A stretch of DNA of 62,200 nucleotides from NCBI GenBank assembly GCA_025201805.1, contig MU619341.1, positions 52,566 through 114,765 on the forward strand, read 5' to 3'. This stretch comes from Parasitella parasitica NRRL 2501 (taxonomy: Eukaryota; Fungi; Mucoromycota). The notes beneath the pieces were generated by a model. It was given only the letters and a program-made list of their open reading frames with translations. It searched no databases and was not told where the DNA came from. A program made the position numbers and the translations under genes. Of the stretch, positions 14,401 through 27,421 are shown piece by piece; within the stretch, counting starts at the first letter, position 1; the number at the start of each line of letters is the position of its first letter.

Positions 14401-17400
14401 ATGGCCTGTACTAAATGTAGCTCTGAAGAATCCTTCCAAAAAATAAAAATGCCTAGACAAAATCCATTTCTGCGACGTGCATCCTCTCCAGGAGATATAA
14501 ATACTGAACATAACCATGGTAGTAATAGCAGTTTGCTGTCAGTTCCACCACCACCTTTACCACAGCATCCAGCAAAGTTGACCCAAGCATCACTTTCGGA
14601 TTCTGCACTGAAGGTACCTGTGCGACCATCCACGTTCAGGAACACACAGTCTCGTAATATGAGCATTCGACCTTCTCGATTCATAAAGGCATCCACGCCA
14701 ACCTCATCTACCTCCTCCCCTATTATTTCAAATGATACCAGCGTCTGCTCTACTCAGTCAACTGAAATGGCCTCATTCATCCGGTTATTCGATACATACA
14801 TCCAAAAACTATACATTGAAGGGTATGTCATGAGACACAACAGCACGACTACAGAGGCAGACAACGCCAAACCACGTACCAAAATGTTTGTTGAGCTATC
14901 AGGCTCTACAATGACCTTGTGGGACACTGAGGTTCCTGGATCCACCGTCATGCCAACCTACTTTCAGATTGTTGACACAACCATTGTCTATTCCAACCCC
15001 ACTCTCAGCGCAGACAACAAAAAGAAGAAGCATGTGTTTTCTGTGCAAAACAACAAGATGACCATGATATTTGAAACTTCGGATGAGCCATCAATGATGC
15101 GCTGGGTCAGTGCTATCCGCCTATCTTGCTTTGAAAAGCAAAAGCTGCACCAGTTGTTCACGCTCAAGCTTCTCGGAAGCAGCGCCAACAATGCGCTCAA
15201 CAATATGTCCTCGGCATCCTTGTCATCCAGCGGAAGCAACAGCATGGATGAAATGGCAACGAAAAGCACTTGGCTCCAAGTAAGAATGCCAGGCACTTCC
15301 ATCTGGCAAAAGTACTGGGTTGTGTTGGTCAGCAAAAAGAACAAGGATAGTCAGCAGCAGCGCAACAAGCGATTCGGTAAAAAGGTATCGGTAGATAACG
15401 TCGAAGAGCACATATTACTGTACGAGACAAAGAAATCAAAATCGCCCCTGTGGACGTTATCCCGCTTAACACATGCGTATGCTGTCTATCCAGAGTCCCC
15501 TCAGCTGATTGAAAAGGGCTCCATGATCCGCATCGAATGCAAGGTAGCTAGCGGTGGTGGCAAGTTGCCAGAGCTGTCTGAACAAGCCGAGGACCTCTCT
15601 TTCTGCTGTTGGTTTATGGCAGACCACAGCCAGCTCACGATCCAATGGCTCTTGACCGTGTATGATACGTTTAGTTTGTACGGTAGACCCGAACAGCTAC
15701 TGTCAGACCCGCTGAATCAAAAGTCCCTCAATTTCGGGGAGCCACTCCAAGACGTGGGCACGGTTGTCCATCCCAAGTTGTTTTTGGAGACAGACGAGGT
15801 TGTGAGCACAATGAATGTCTTGTGCATCCCTCGTCAGGAGATCGATACTATTTTTATCGATGCTATCCTTAAAAAGCAAGCAGAGACAGCGGTTGTTACA
15901 ATGACTAGAAGACCCACAGGCACAAGAGCAAACAGTCTTCCCTTGATTACCGTCATTTCAGCTCTTGAAGACACTGCAAAAGATGACAATAACAAATCGG
16001 CCATAGAGGAAAGCACCGTTAAATCACTGGACGTCGTAGAAGACCACGTAGCACCGTTCAAGTTTGCTCGACAGGTAGCCGACTCTAGTGACGAGAGCGA
16101 CGAGGAGGACGACGACTGTGATGATGAGGAAGAAGATGTGGACAGCGATGATGAGCCTATTGGCAAGAAACCGTCCAGTCCACCGCCCACCAGTACAACA
16201 CCTACGGCAGACTCTGCTGAAACGCCCACTAAGAAAGCGCTTGCTGACAGCCTGATCCCTGATTTTGATTTTGGAAACGGATTTGATGTGCCTAAAGATG
16301 TCACTGCAGCAGCTGTTGCAGCAGCTGTAACAGCTTCAAGCATGTCACAGACACTGCCAACACGAGGCAAAAACAAGGGAGCTCGCCACAGCAATTCAAT
16401 GACCATATTTATGGATTCTTCATCCGCTATATCTCCTCTAGACAGTCGAAAGGACGATGAGATTGTGTTTCCCCTACACACCCGCAAAGCATCTATGCCA
16501 GCAACATCCAGCCATCACCACCATTATCACCATCACGGCCAAAGGTCAGCTTCGTCAGCAGGTCATCACTCTATTCCCTCTCGATCGACACCCTCGCCAT
16601 CGCAGCCTCCTGCTCCCTCTTCCTCTTTGTTTGGCGACTTTAGTTTAACAACGGACTTTGGAAAATTCCTCGATGAGCCCCTGGATCAACGAAAATATTC
16701 ATTGCCAGCAAATGTGAAGCTAGCATCCATGGAGTCCAGCCGATCCACGTCCTCTAGCAACAACAACCATCGAGGATGGGGAGATCAAGAATGGGACGAC
16801 GAAAACTATGTCGGGGAAGAAGACGAGGAATACGATGACGAAGAAGAGCCTTCGAGACACCCTTATGACGATGACAATCAGTCTTACGATTCTGACTTTG
16901 ACGGTCCTCTTATCCCTTCCTTGGGCGATCATTTTGCACCCCAAAATAGTCTGTTGGATACCTATCTAGGAGAGCAATTAAGTGCAAAGGAACAGATTGA
17001 ATATGCAAAAGCTACTGGTCAGCCTTTGATCCAGGTTTCAACTAAAAAAGAAGGAGCTCCTCGAGGAGGTTTGGTGGGCATGATTTCGCAAAGAGAAAAA
17101 AGTAGAAAAGAAGGAAACGGCCTCAGAGTCACTGAGCGAGTGAATCAGGAGCGACTTGAAAGGGAAAAAGAAAGAAGAATCTTTGAGCAAAGACAACAGC
17201 AATTCATAAAACATCAGGTATAATCGCATATTTCAACACACAACGCTTTAATTATCATAACTAACGCCATAGTGTAAATAGATGATGCTTTATGCGAATG
17301 GTTACGGTATGCCTCCTCTGCCCATGATGCATAATCACTATATGAGCCCAATGTCGCCGATGGGTCCCATGAGTCCCATGGGCCCAATGTCTCCTATGGG

Positions 17401-17857
17401 TCCAATGAGTCCAATGGGTATGGGGCCTATGGGGCCTATGTCTCCCATGGGTCCGATGTCGCCAATGAGCCAAATGAATATGGCCATGATGCAGCAACAG
17501 CAACAGTATAGTCAAGGCTCTTCCTCGCCTACTCCTCCTCCACTTTTATCCTTGCCACATCTTCAATCACCTTTGAGCAGCAACCCACCTAGCCCACACT
17601 CCCCTAGCTATATGAGGCCTCAACCACCTTCATCCCCAATGGGATTTTATCAGCCACAGCAGTACCAACATGGTAGACAAAGTCCTAGTTTATCAACACC
17701 TTTGATGGCTCATCATACTCGTCGAACATCCAGGCCTTTGCTAGACGATGTGGACGAGTTAAATAATGGCGGTAATGGCAGCCGAACAATGTCACCTATA
17801 CTGAGAAAGAGCCCAGTTGTATCAACTTCCTCAGGAACAAGCAGTGTTCGTATGTAA
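14401..17857 (+). CDS. Caf120/Skg3-like PH-domain protein (intron ~17218-17281)
   Basis: YIEGY..PH-like fold, WVSAIRLSCFEKQ, WLQVRMPGTSIWQKYWVV, AYAVYPESPQLIE, WLLTVYDTFSLYGRP; long disordered tail; GGLVGMISQREKSRK motif. Confidence 0.75.
17342..17471 (+). repeat. Coding 9-nt tandem repeat encoding (PMS/PMG)n
   Basis: MSPMSPMGPMSPMGPMSPMGPMSPMGMGPMGPMSPMGPMSPMS with variable synonymous codons. Confidence 0.9.
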
Positions 17858-18161
17858 ATCCAAAGTCTTGTCTCTTTCTCTACGTTTTTCCTCTTTTTTT
17901 TTTCTTTTTTTTTTTTCTTCATAATAAACATACCATATACGTGTGCATGCTCACATTGATTGTATTTGCAAGCAACTAGTCCTGGCAGGAATTAGAAGCA
18001 GAGAAATATAATTTAAAATTGATTAAATTGTATCAAATGCTTTTACTAAATACGTTTTTCTTTTTCGCCTAGACAAAATAAATATTTTAAACAGGTACTG
18101 AAAAAAAAAAAAAAAGAAGAGAGAATGTGTATATATAAGTTATATGTTGAGAAGCTTGCTG

Positions 18162-18163
<2 letters not shown>

Positions 18164-18207
<44 letters not shown>
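18164..18207. repeat. (TG)n microsatellite, about 22 units
   Basis: Directly visible between two convergent 3' ends. Confidence 0.95.
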
Positions 18208-18211
<4 letters not shown>

Positions 18212-18288
18212 TGCATGTGTATAAATATGAAATGAAATAACATAAGAGAGCAAAGTAATACTAGAAAAAAAAAGGCATATAGAAATTA

Positions 18289-20117
18289 TTACTCACTAGA
18301 GAAATGTTAGTTGTATTGAGCGTACAAAAATCGCTTGCAAATACGCTTACGTGAAAATAAACAAGTTGTTTGTTGCTGCAACAGCAATCGTATTTTCTCT
18401 CGGATGCCATGAAGAGTGCAGAATCTTTTTGTTGTAGTCCATATAATCATTCTCGTCGCGCATTCTTCCACCTGCAGAACTGGCATTTCGATTTCCTTGA
18501 CTCATACTAACCTTATTTTTTGCAGAGCCCAGTTTCTTTGCTTTAAAAGCACTTTTGTCTGCCTGCAAAGTTACTTCAGTGTCATTATCGCGTCCGTATA
18601 TATGAATATTGTTGCTGTAAGAGCCTGTCATCATGTGGCTTCCATCCCCACTGAATGCACATTCAAACTTGTCGAAAATACAGTCGTTTTCATAGAGGTC
18701 GCACAGCTTGGATCTGAGGTTATCGTGGATATTGATGGTACGCAGAGGTTTTTTTTCCATATTAATGTCCCAAATCTTTAGTGTAAGATAATCGCGAGAC
18801 AGAATATACCGACCATCTTGGCTGAATCTGACGTCGGAAATGGACGAAATGATCTCGGAAAAGAAAGATCTGTTGGAAGGGTCTTCAGGCTCCTCGAAAA
18901 CTGCTTGAGCAATAAGCATTCTTTGATCTGCTGGATGTAGCAGTACACAACTTACCCTTTGCATTCTGGTCACATAATGCAGCTTCTCTCATATCCGCCA
19001 ATTTAATAGAGCCCTTGCTGCTACTGTACATGAACAAGTTGCATTGATCTGGGTGAAATTCAGCAGTGGTGATAACCTCGGTCAATTCTTCCATATTCGC
19101 AGGCTTAATGTCAACAATGTCTAAGCAGAATGTTATAAACGATGAAATCCACATGTGCATAGGTCAAAACCTACTGAAGCTTCGATCAGATATATCCAGA
19201 TTCCATAAATTGATTCGAAGGTCGTCTGAAGAGATGTAGGTTTCGCTATCAGAATTGACTGAAATCGAGTTGATATGGTATGCGTGAGCTACCCAAGAAG
19301 CAAGATGGATTTAGCAAATTTCATGCATGCACGTTAGGTGATCGGGGGGGGGGGAGTCGGAGGGGTTTAGATCCCCGATGTAACTTACCGTTTGAGTAAA
19401 TGCGTCTTGGAACAGCTGCGACAATGGTGTCTTGATGGCTGATCCTGGGCATGCTCAAACCAGGATGGACAGGCGAGTCAAAGTTTGCAGATATAGCTGT
19501 TGGCATTCTATCAGGCATCATCGAAACCTCACTCACTGTCTGTAGACTACGTTCATATACCTTCCATAGCTTGATGGTTTTATCTAATGTTGTTGTCTGG
19601 ATCAATCTTTGCGATTGCAAATACAAAAAATAAAAAAATAAAATAAAATAAAAAAATACCATACCATTTGTAGACAGTAAAAAATGAGCAGAATTCTGTC
19701 TTTTGCACCACTTGATTTGATTGATCTTTTCTTCGATCTCCAAACTCTTCAAATAATCAAACTCTGGTTCATGGGACTGAAATTCGGTATGGAAACGATA
19801 TTCGCAAGATTTTTTCTATATAATCAAGTCAGGCAAGAGCGGCATACAGTATACATTCAAATGCAGGCCTACTTACACTTTCATTGCGTTCAAATAAAAC
19901 AACTCTACCGCCTTTGTCGCCAGTTGCCAAGTAGTCTCCCGTGTGGTCAAACTCGACAGCAGAAATGATATCAGCTTTTGTTTGTGGTTTAGTAAAAGGA
20001 AAAAGTTTCCGATATATACAAAAAATTACCTTCTGTTATATCGTCAGAATCACCTTTATCGCCAAAGCATTGAGCAAATCTCCATTTGCTTTCATTTTCT
20101 GTTGGAAGTGCTTCCAT
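18289..20117 (-). CDS. CDC55: PP2A regulatory subunit B55 (WD40), multi-exon; possible extra ATG-only first exon at 20174-20176 or 20210-20212
   Basis: [91 protein letters not shown]. Confidence 0.96.
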
Positions 20118-20522
20118 GTTTTTCTAATAAAAAAAAAAGTCAGCTTCATGGCGCTTACGCGTTTTGCGGTTACCATGGTAATTGCGGGGCCAGGGCATGA
20201 CAAAATTACCATGGCATCCACTAGTGAACTACTGTCTAATGTGTTTTTTTTTACCTTTTGAATAACAATTGGAAACAAAAGAAGAAAAAAAAATAAGCAA
20301 ACGAGATATCAGAAGATGGGATCTTTATAACGATTTCTCACATAAGCACTAAAAAGTCACGATATGACAGAATGATGGTTGTCTTTGCTTGCTTGCTCCT
20401 GGATGGACAACCTACTGAACATGATTTGTACGTCACCGGAGATCCTATTTAGTTGTTTCGAAACTTTTTCAGCAGCTTCTTCTTTCTCTTGTACATCGTC
20501 GTTATCAGTTTTGAAAAGTAAA

Positions 20523-20854
20523 ATGTCAGGATACAACATTGTTTGGACATTTGTTGGTGTTGCTATTGTGTGTGCTTTGGCCTATGTATTCACTCCCAAA
20601 GGAAACGACCAGACGTAAGTTCTGAACATAAGCGAATAAAAAAAAAGCGCTTGATATTGATTTTCAGAGCAGTGTCATCAGAACTGTTATTATCATGTCA
20701 CTCATCTGCTGCTACTTGATGTAAGTGCGAGCCATTTTTGCTATCTGAAAACACGCTAAGTTTAGGGAATAGGTGGGCCATTACTTATCTCGCTCAGTTG
20801 CATCCTTTAATCTTCCCCAAGAAGGTTGGACTTCGACCTCCTCATCACGAATAA
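20523..20854 (+). CDS. VMA9: V-ATPase V0 subunit e, 3 exons
   Basis: Spliced MSGYNIVW...FTPKGNDQTVIRTVIIMSLICCYLMWAITYLAQLHPLIFP is the subunit e signature. Confidence 0.92.
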
Positions 20855-21134
20855 TCAACGACCAAATCCAACATGTTCGCGTCATTTTTTCTCTTTAACT
20901 CGAAAGAAGCTTTGCTGCAACATCTCTCCCTTTCGCCTTGTTTCCTTTATTACATAAAAAAAAATACCCTCATGGAAGAAAAAAAAAATCAGTGCCAAGT
21001 TGTTTTGCTTGATTAGCCAGTGTACAGTGTCATTTTAAGGGGCATTTGAAACCTCCTTGCAAGTTTCAGGTCTGATGAATGTTTGAAATACATGTCCTGT
21101 CAAAAAAAAAAAAAAATGCATATATACATGTTTA

Positions 21135-23567
21135 TTACAGATCTCCTTCAGCGTTAACTAATTGATTATGAAGTCTAAAATAAGTCGATTGATTGTCCAT
21201 CAGTTCATCATGAGTTCCTAGAGTAAAGTGTGAGAAAGAATTCATCATCCCCAGGTACCTTAAAATGTCATAACAAACCTTTCTCTAGAATGTTGCCTGG
21301 TGTTCTTCCCATCACTACAATCATATCTGCTTTTCTAATAGTGGATAACCGATGTGCGATCACAAGCACAGTTCGTCCATGCATCAGTTTGTCAAGAGCA
21401 TCCTGCACCATTCTTTCGCTTTGTGCTAGTATAATGCAAATCCTGTCAGTTCATCAACCTATTTGCTATACATTATACTGTGATACTTTACTGTCCAGCG
21501 CAGAGGTAGCCTCATCCAAAATTAGAATCTTGGGGTCTTTGAGAATGGCGCGGGCAATTGCAATCCTCTGCTTTTGTCCGCCTGATAAAGCGGCTCCGCG
21601 CTCGCCGACTACAGTGTCGTAGCCGTCAGGGAAGCCTTCAATGAATACTTGGGCGTTAGCCTGTCTAGCAGCCTCTCTTACTTGATCCATGGTGGCATCA
21701 GGCCGTCCATAGCGAATGTTCTCCAAGATGCTAGTAGCAAACAAGACTGGCTCCTGGTTAATAAATCCAATGTTTTGTCTCAACCAAGAAGGATCCAGTG
21801 TCTCTAAATCTTGCCCATCCAGCGTTATTGTGCCGTTGGAAGGCTCATAGAAGCGTTCTAACAAGGAAGCAATGGTAGATTTTCCAGAGCCTGAAGGACC
21901 ACAGAGAGCTACAGTTGTGCCTTGAGGCACAGTCAGGTTGAATTTGTCTAGTACCTTTTGATCAGGACGGGTAGGATAGCTAAAGTCGACATCATGGAAC
22001 AAAACGTTGCCTTGGACATGATCAAGCTTATGACCACCCTTTAAAGGCACGCTAGGATGCAAGTGAATGAATTCAAAGACACGCGTGGCAGAAGCAGCCG
22101 CCTTGATGGATTGGCCAAACAAAACACCGAGCGAAACTAACGAATGCTGTGCTGTTTGAGTAGAAAGCATATAGGACATGAGATCACCGCTCGTTAGCTT
22201 GTTCTCGACCACCAAGGAGCCGCCGTAATACAACACAGTTAATACCATACAGCCAACAGAGATGTTGGTCAGTCCTTGAAAGAGGCCGATGTGAAGGCCC
22301 ATATGCTGATTAGACAAAGCTACCTTTTGACATGCCTCTCCATAGTGTTCCATTTCACGATCCTCTGACGCAAAGGCCCTTACTGTTCTCATGTTTGTAA
22401 TCACCTCGCCTGCAACACCACCCGAATATCCATCCAATTGCTTGTTTTCCTTACTGAGTTTTCGCAAGTATGCGCCATACATGTTTAATAGAACATATAA
22501 GACTGGCATTGTGCCCAGCATTGTCAGAGTAAGCGACGTAGAAATACGGAAAAGTTGGATAGATGAACCGATGGTTTGCGTGATGGACTTAAGACCTTGA
22601 GTTACCAGTTGTTTGAATGTACTCTACAGAATAGAATATTATAGCATGTGAGCGACCCGGATGTTCTGATTATATAATACAAAAAAATACCTTGAAATCA
22701 GACACATCTGCCGTCAAACGACTCACAAGTTCGCCGCTGCGATGGCAATCGAAAAACGAGATATCCTGTCGAATAATGGCCGAGAATAGCTTTGCACGCA
22801 AACGTTTGGCTACGTTTTCGCCAAAAGCAGAGACCAACGAAATATGAGCAAATGTCAAAAGTCCCTGTGCAGTCAAAAGCCCAAATAGCTTGATGGCAGG
22901 CGCGTTCAAATCACGAATCGTAAGAGCGCCTAATCCGTCTGCTGCTGCCTGAACGCTGCTTGATAGTATGTTGATCAATTGCCCCGTAACCAACGGCGTT
23001 TGTAACTGAACAATGGCTGCACCGACCGCGGTCAGTACAATCAGCCCCAACAAAACGAGATCTGGCTTTACCAATTCCCAAACATCCTGGGTAATGCTCG
23101 CTTTTTCCGGTAAAGGTAGTATTTTATCAAGGACCTTGGCCTTGGTCACGGCTTCTGTGATAATGGTTGGCTGTAGCTGTTGTTTGTATGGAAGTGTAGC
23201 ATCACAATAGACAATCCTTCCTTGTTGCGCGAACCGCAGGCCAACAGCAAGTGAGGCGAGAGGTACACTGTGTGATTTCACCATGGTGAAGGTCGACCTG
23301 ATCCTGGGGAATCGAGAAAAACTGCTGTGGCTGTATTGATAGACATATTAGACTGACTATGCCATGCAAAAGTGGCTATTACTCTCTCTCTCTCTCTCTC
23401 TACCTCCAGTTCAACAGCTGTTGCTGAGAAAATTGCCGGTTTGCGGCTGCTTTGTATAAACTAAAGACCTAATTCATAATCATCAGTTTGGAATTCAAAC
23501 CCTGAAGCTATTCGTCTACCGTTTTTGAGCATGGCCGAAGCGTAAACCTGGCTACCAACAAGGGCAT
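21135..23567 (-). CDS. Mitochondrial ABCB half-transporter (ABCB8/Mdl-like); start approximate
   Basis: TMD followed by NBD: [46 protein letters not shown]; Arg/Ser-rich presequence-like upstream exons. Confidence 0.9.
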
Positions 23568-23987
23568 ATTCGTAATAAAGGCCCTGCTAAAGACTCAAGC
23601 GGGGATATTGCCATTTTAAAGAACGAGAACAGAAGGGAGGGTTGCTGACATGATTGGACTAGTTTTCACATGGCTCCATCAAAAAAGTGTAGCCATACCT
23701 AATGAAAATAGGACAAAGGGCTATATATTACATTGCATACTCACATGACAGAGAGCTGTTAGTCTGGGTTCAGTGACAGATTGACGTATTTAGACTGCAG
23801 AGTTACCGTGTCTCGTGCTCGAATATAGAAAGTTTAACATTTAATTTGCTCATCATCTACGATGCAGACCCTCCAATGTCGAAACTTGCATTAATTACCT
23901 ATATATATTAACACAAAAAAAATATCACAGCATCCTGTCTCTTTTCCTCTTTTTTTTTCAAGCATTCAATCATTATTCCCTTCCCAA

Positions 23988-25037
23988 ATGTATATCCAGA
24001 AATTACCATTCGAGCTTTTCCATGCGACATTAAACTGTATCGACTCTCTGCAACAATTAGCAAATTGCAGGTTAGTTTGCAAAAGTTGGAACATAATCAC
24101 CCAGCAAGTAATGCTCAGCAGAAAGATCAACATCGCAACACCCACTGTAGCAGGAAAATTGTACAAACATTTGAAAAGAGTTCCTGAATATGGAAAGCTG
24201 GTCAAATATATGGATATCGGCATCCACTACCAGTGTTCCCTGTATGAAAAGCTGTTGGGAATAGCGCTGACACCAAACATGATAGAACTTGAAGGAATAG
24301 TCGATAATTGCGTATTTTATGAACTTGTTCTTGCAAAATTAGACAAATCGCCGGAAAAGTTTGATAGGCTGAAATGCGTACCCCATCCTATTTTCATTAG
24401 CAAGAGCTATTGCAAGTTGGTTCTTGCTTTAAAAGAAAGCTTGGAGAAGATCTGTATCGGCTATGAAGAAGAACAGTTTGATTTAGCTATGGAATTGACC
24501 AGCAACCTAGATGCATTTACGTGCTTGACTACCCTAGACATTCGTAGTACGACTCTAAGTCTCGATTTGTTGGATCTTGCCATCTCAAAATGCCACCGCC
24601 TGTTAAAGTTGTCGCTGGATTTGGATACGGTCTATGTTTGGGATGGTGGATTGATGCTAGGGGATTGTACAGTTAGTGATTGGATTCTGCAAAATCAGGC
24701 GCGCAAGATCCCATCCACATTGGCCATGCTTGAATGTAGTGGCAGTATTCCCGAAGTCTTGGAATTTGTCCTTTTCAAATATTCCAAAATTCAACATGCT
24801 ATAATCCGCATGCCATTCTTCAATCTGCCTTTCCCTCCAATAGATAATCTTCTTTGCGTCCTTACTATTGTCACAGAAATCCCTACATTTGAGGTTATGT
24901 TTCCTTTTGCTGGAGATGATCTCGACAGAATTTTTGCTCATGTTAAAAACTGCGACAGAGACATCCAGATGGAGGTTGTGTCTCAAGACCAGTTTACTGT
25001 CCATATGACTGGGTGCCATGTAGAAGAAGTAAAATAA
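23988..25037 (+). CDS. Intronless F-box protein with LRR-like C-terminus
   Basis: N-terminal KLPFELFHATL..LANCRLVCKSWN F-box pattern; Leu-periodic downstream repeats. Confidence 0.75.
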   Translation: MYIQKLPFELFHATLNCIDSLQQLANCRLVCKSWNIITQQVMLSRKINIATPTVAGKLYKHLKRVPEYGKLVKYMDIGIHYQCSLYEKLLGIALTPNMIELEGIVDNCVFYELVLAKLDKSPEKFDRLKCVPHPIFISKSYCKLVLALKESLEKICIGYEEEQFDLAMELTSNLDAFTCLTTLDIRSTTLSLDLLDLAISKCHRLLKLSLDLDTVYVWDGGLMLGDCTVSDWILQNQARKIPSTLAMLECSGSIPEVLEFVLFKYSKIQHAIIRMPFFNLPFPPIDNLLCVLTIVTEIPTFEVMFPFAGDDLDRIFAHVKNCDRDIQMEVVSQDQFTVHMTGCHVEEVK

Positions 25038-26770
25038 TACATGTGAGCAAACCAAACAGGAATTTGTCAGGCACCAGATAGTAATATCGATCACTTTAAA
25101 ATATAAATTATTGTAGCCTTATTTAATTTGCATAGGCTGGTTTACTATAAGCGATTTCATTATCTAGCTGATACTTTATTCTGAAAGCTATGATCCAATA
25201 TTTGTACATCTGCCCTGGATTTTCAGAAATTGTGTGTAACTGAGTAACAAAAGTTTCATAATTACCACTTTGAAGACATTGTTTTCAATTCGTCAAAAAG
25301 TAACATCTGCTTGCTCTTTGACCCATAGATTTCTTTTATATTTAATGCCTTTGGCTTTATATATTTTCAATTTTCAGTTTTTTTAACTTGTGAAACAGGA
25401 AATTTTTGATTTTCAAATAGCCAGAGAATACATGATCTTGGTACAGAGTCATTCAATTATTAGGTTTATAGAAATTCTTTCGAGATTTTCGTTAGAAATT
25501 GATATCATTATAATTGAAAATCGCCAAACGCCTTATTGGATATGCAACAAACGTTTCGTAAAAAAGAAAAGACAGCAGTATAAACTTTATTTAAGCCAGG
25601 ATATTAAACTTACATATAATATTTGGATAGTAATAACATTCTATATCTCATGCGTCAACATATTCACCTAGTATCGACAACAATGATACACCAAAACCGG
25701 CTTCGAAATATCTCTCTTTTTTCAATTTTCCTACTAAAAAAAGACTCAATTGAGTCCACTTTAATAATTTTTGAATATATACAACTTTTGGCCTGTTCAG
25801 GAAGTAAATCTAGTAGAGACGTTCACATTGGCTTCTTGCTACAAGATCGTCTTTTAGAGCAAGAGCAGTTGTCAATTAGCTTTAGGAAACAATACAATTT
25901 TTACATTTTTACATTACGTGAGCTGGGCTGCACCTTTTCATATAAATACCACTACAGCAAGTCTGTTTCGTTTTACGATGCCCAGATGTTTAATTTCATC
26001 ATCGAGCCACCCTTGTTGATGGCGATCTTTTTAGCAAATAATCATTCTTCTATAATGATGCTAAATGTTGTGATATCTCCATAATACTTTCTTCTTTTCG
26101 CTACTACTATGGTCTACCGTGTAAAGAAATTGTAGTTGTTGGTCCGTAAAATCTTCTAAAGATATCATTTATCCTGGATTGGACATAAATATCATCATGC
26201 ACTGAAGTCAGTTTTATCTGTTGATATCTACCTTGTTCCAATTGTATGCGTATACATAAACATTTGGTTACAGAAAACACCAAATTTCGTACGAAAAATG
26301 CATATAAAGCAATGTTTTATACTCGTCCCATACCACCATGATCGAAGCTATCTAATATATACTTGGATACCACTGGGCGACAAATATAGCAAGACTTGTA
26401 TGTAAAATTAATTAGTTTTTGACTATATACACAGGCTACATTTTGTATTATTTACGAAATATTCTGTAAAAATAACGGATTAGTTATTATCAATATTTTG
26501 GGAGAAACATTTTCTTTGAAATCAATGCTTCATCAGAGCTTTTACTATCCTGAAGGTAGGTTACTTTGCTTGACATCCTCTTGTAGGTTCTAAAAAGTAT
26601 TCTATCCAGGTTCCCTTCAAGCTCTGCTCGTTGATGGTTGATGGCGTTGTAGTGGATCACTTCCATTGGCACATTATGTCCGCTAAATTTTAAATTNNNN
26701 NNNNNNNNNNNNNNNNNNNNNNNNNNNNNNNNNNNNNNNNNNNNNNNNNNNNNNNNNNNNNNNNNNNNNC

Positions 26771-27372
26771 ATGGTAAGGACAGCTTTTTTTTCTTCTTTT
26801 CAGCCATTGAATTTACTCAATGAGTAGAAATATAGTCTAGATTTATGGGCCAAACAAAATGAAAAGGGAGAGCATTGCTTATCACGACAAGTGCTTGGCA
26901 AGCCATCAAGCGATTTAAAAGTCATATTGGACAAATGTATGCAATTCAGTCATTTTTCAGATTAAAAAAAAAAAAAACCAAAAAATTGTTAAACATCATG
27001 ATTATAGTAAAACAGGTGCTGGACACAATGTTTGAGGAATACTCTATGATTGTCAACCAGCTTGGTCTAGTAGAAAACTTACAAAATGAGAAAAACGAGG
27101 CAAATATACCGAAAGAAGTGATCCTCTTGAGGAATTGTATTGACATGTACGATCAAGAGTATATGGTAAAGGTATGGTGGTATGGTGGTATGGTTATATA
27201 TATATATATCAGGATGTATGTCTTTAATGTATGCCCAATTTAGGAATGTATACGAGGCATTGTTAGTGGGGAAGGGTTCGCTACTCAGCAGCATTTAGCA
27301 GGATCTATAGCTCTGTGGAAATCCGAATCTTACCTAGATGAGCAAGTACAACAGGAAATAAAAAATCTATAA
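26771..27372 (+). CDS. Small spliced protein, C-terminus resembling CINP; 5' end abuts the N gap
   Basis: ATG|gtaagg, then exons KYSLDLWAKQ..ILDK, LKQVLDTMFEE..CIDMYDQEYMVK, ECIRGIV..SIALWKSESYLDEQVQQEIKNL* all splice in frame. Confidence 0.7.
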
Positions 27373-27387
27373 TTACACATTGATATC

Positions 27388-27390
<3 letters not shown>

Positions 27391-27420
<30 letters not shown>
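27391..27420. repeat. (TTA)10 microsatellite whose first unit on the minus strand is the CCT stop codon
   Basis: Directly visible. Confidence 0.9.

Positions 27421-27421
<1 letters not shown>

Noticed and set aside
15834-16487. Long antisense ORFs here and within the MFS, Dre2, exonuclease and SERCA genes
   Set aside because: Shadow ORFs of genuine genes on the opposite strand
19343-19365. G-run in a B55 intron (possible G-quadruplex)
   Set aside because: Mostly one homopolymer; C-rich on the transcript strand; no supporting context
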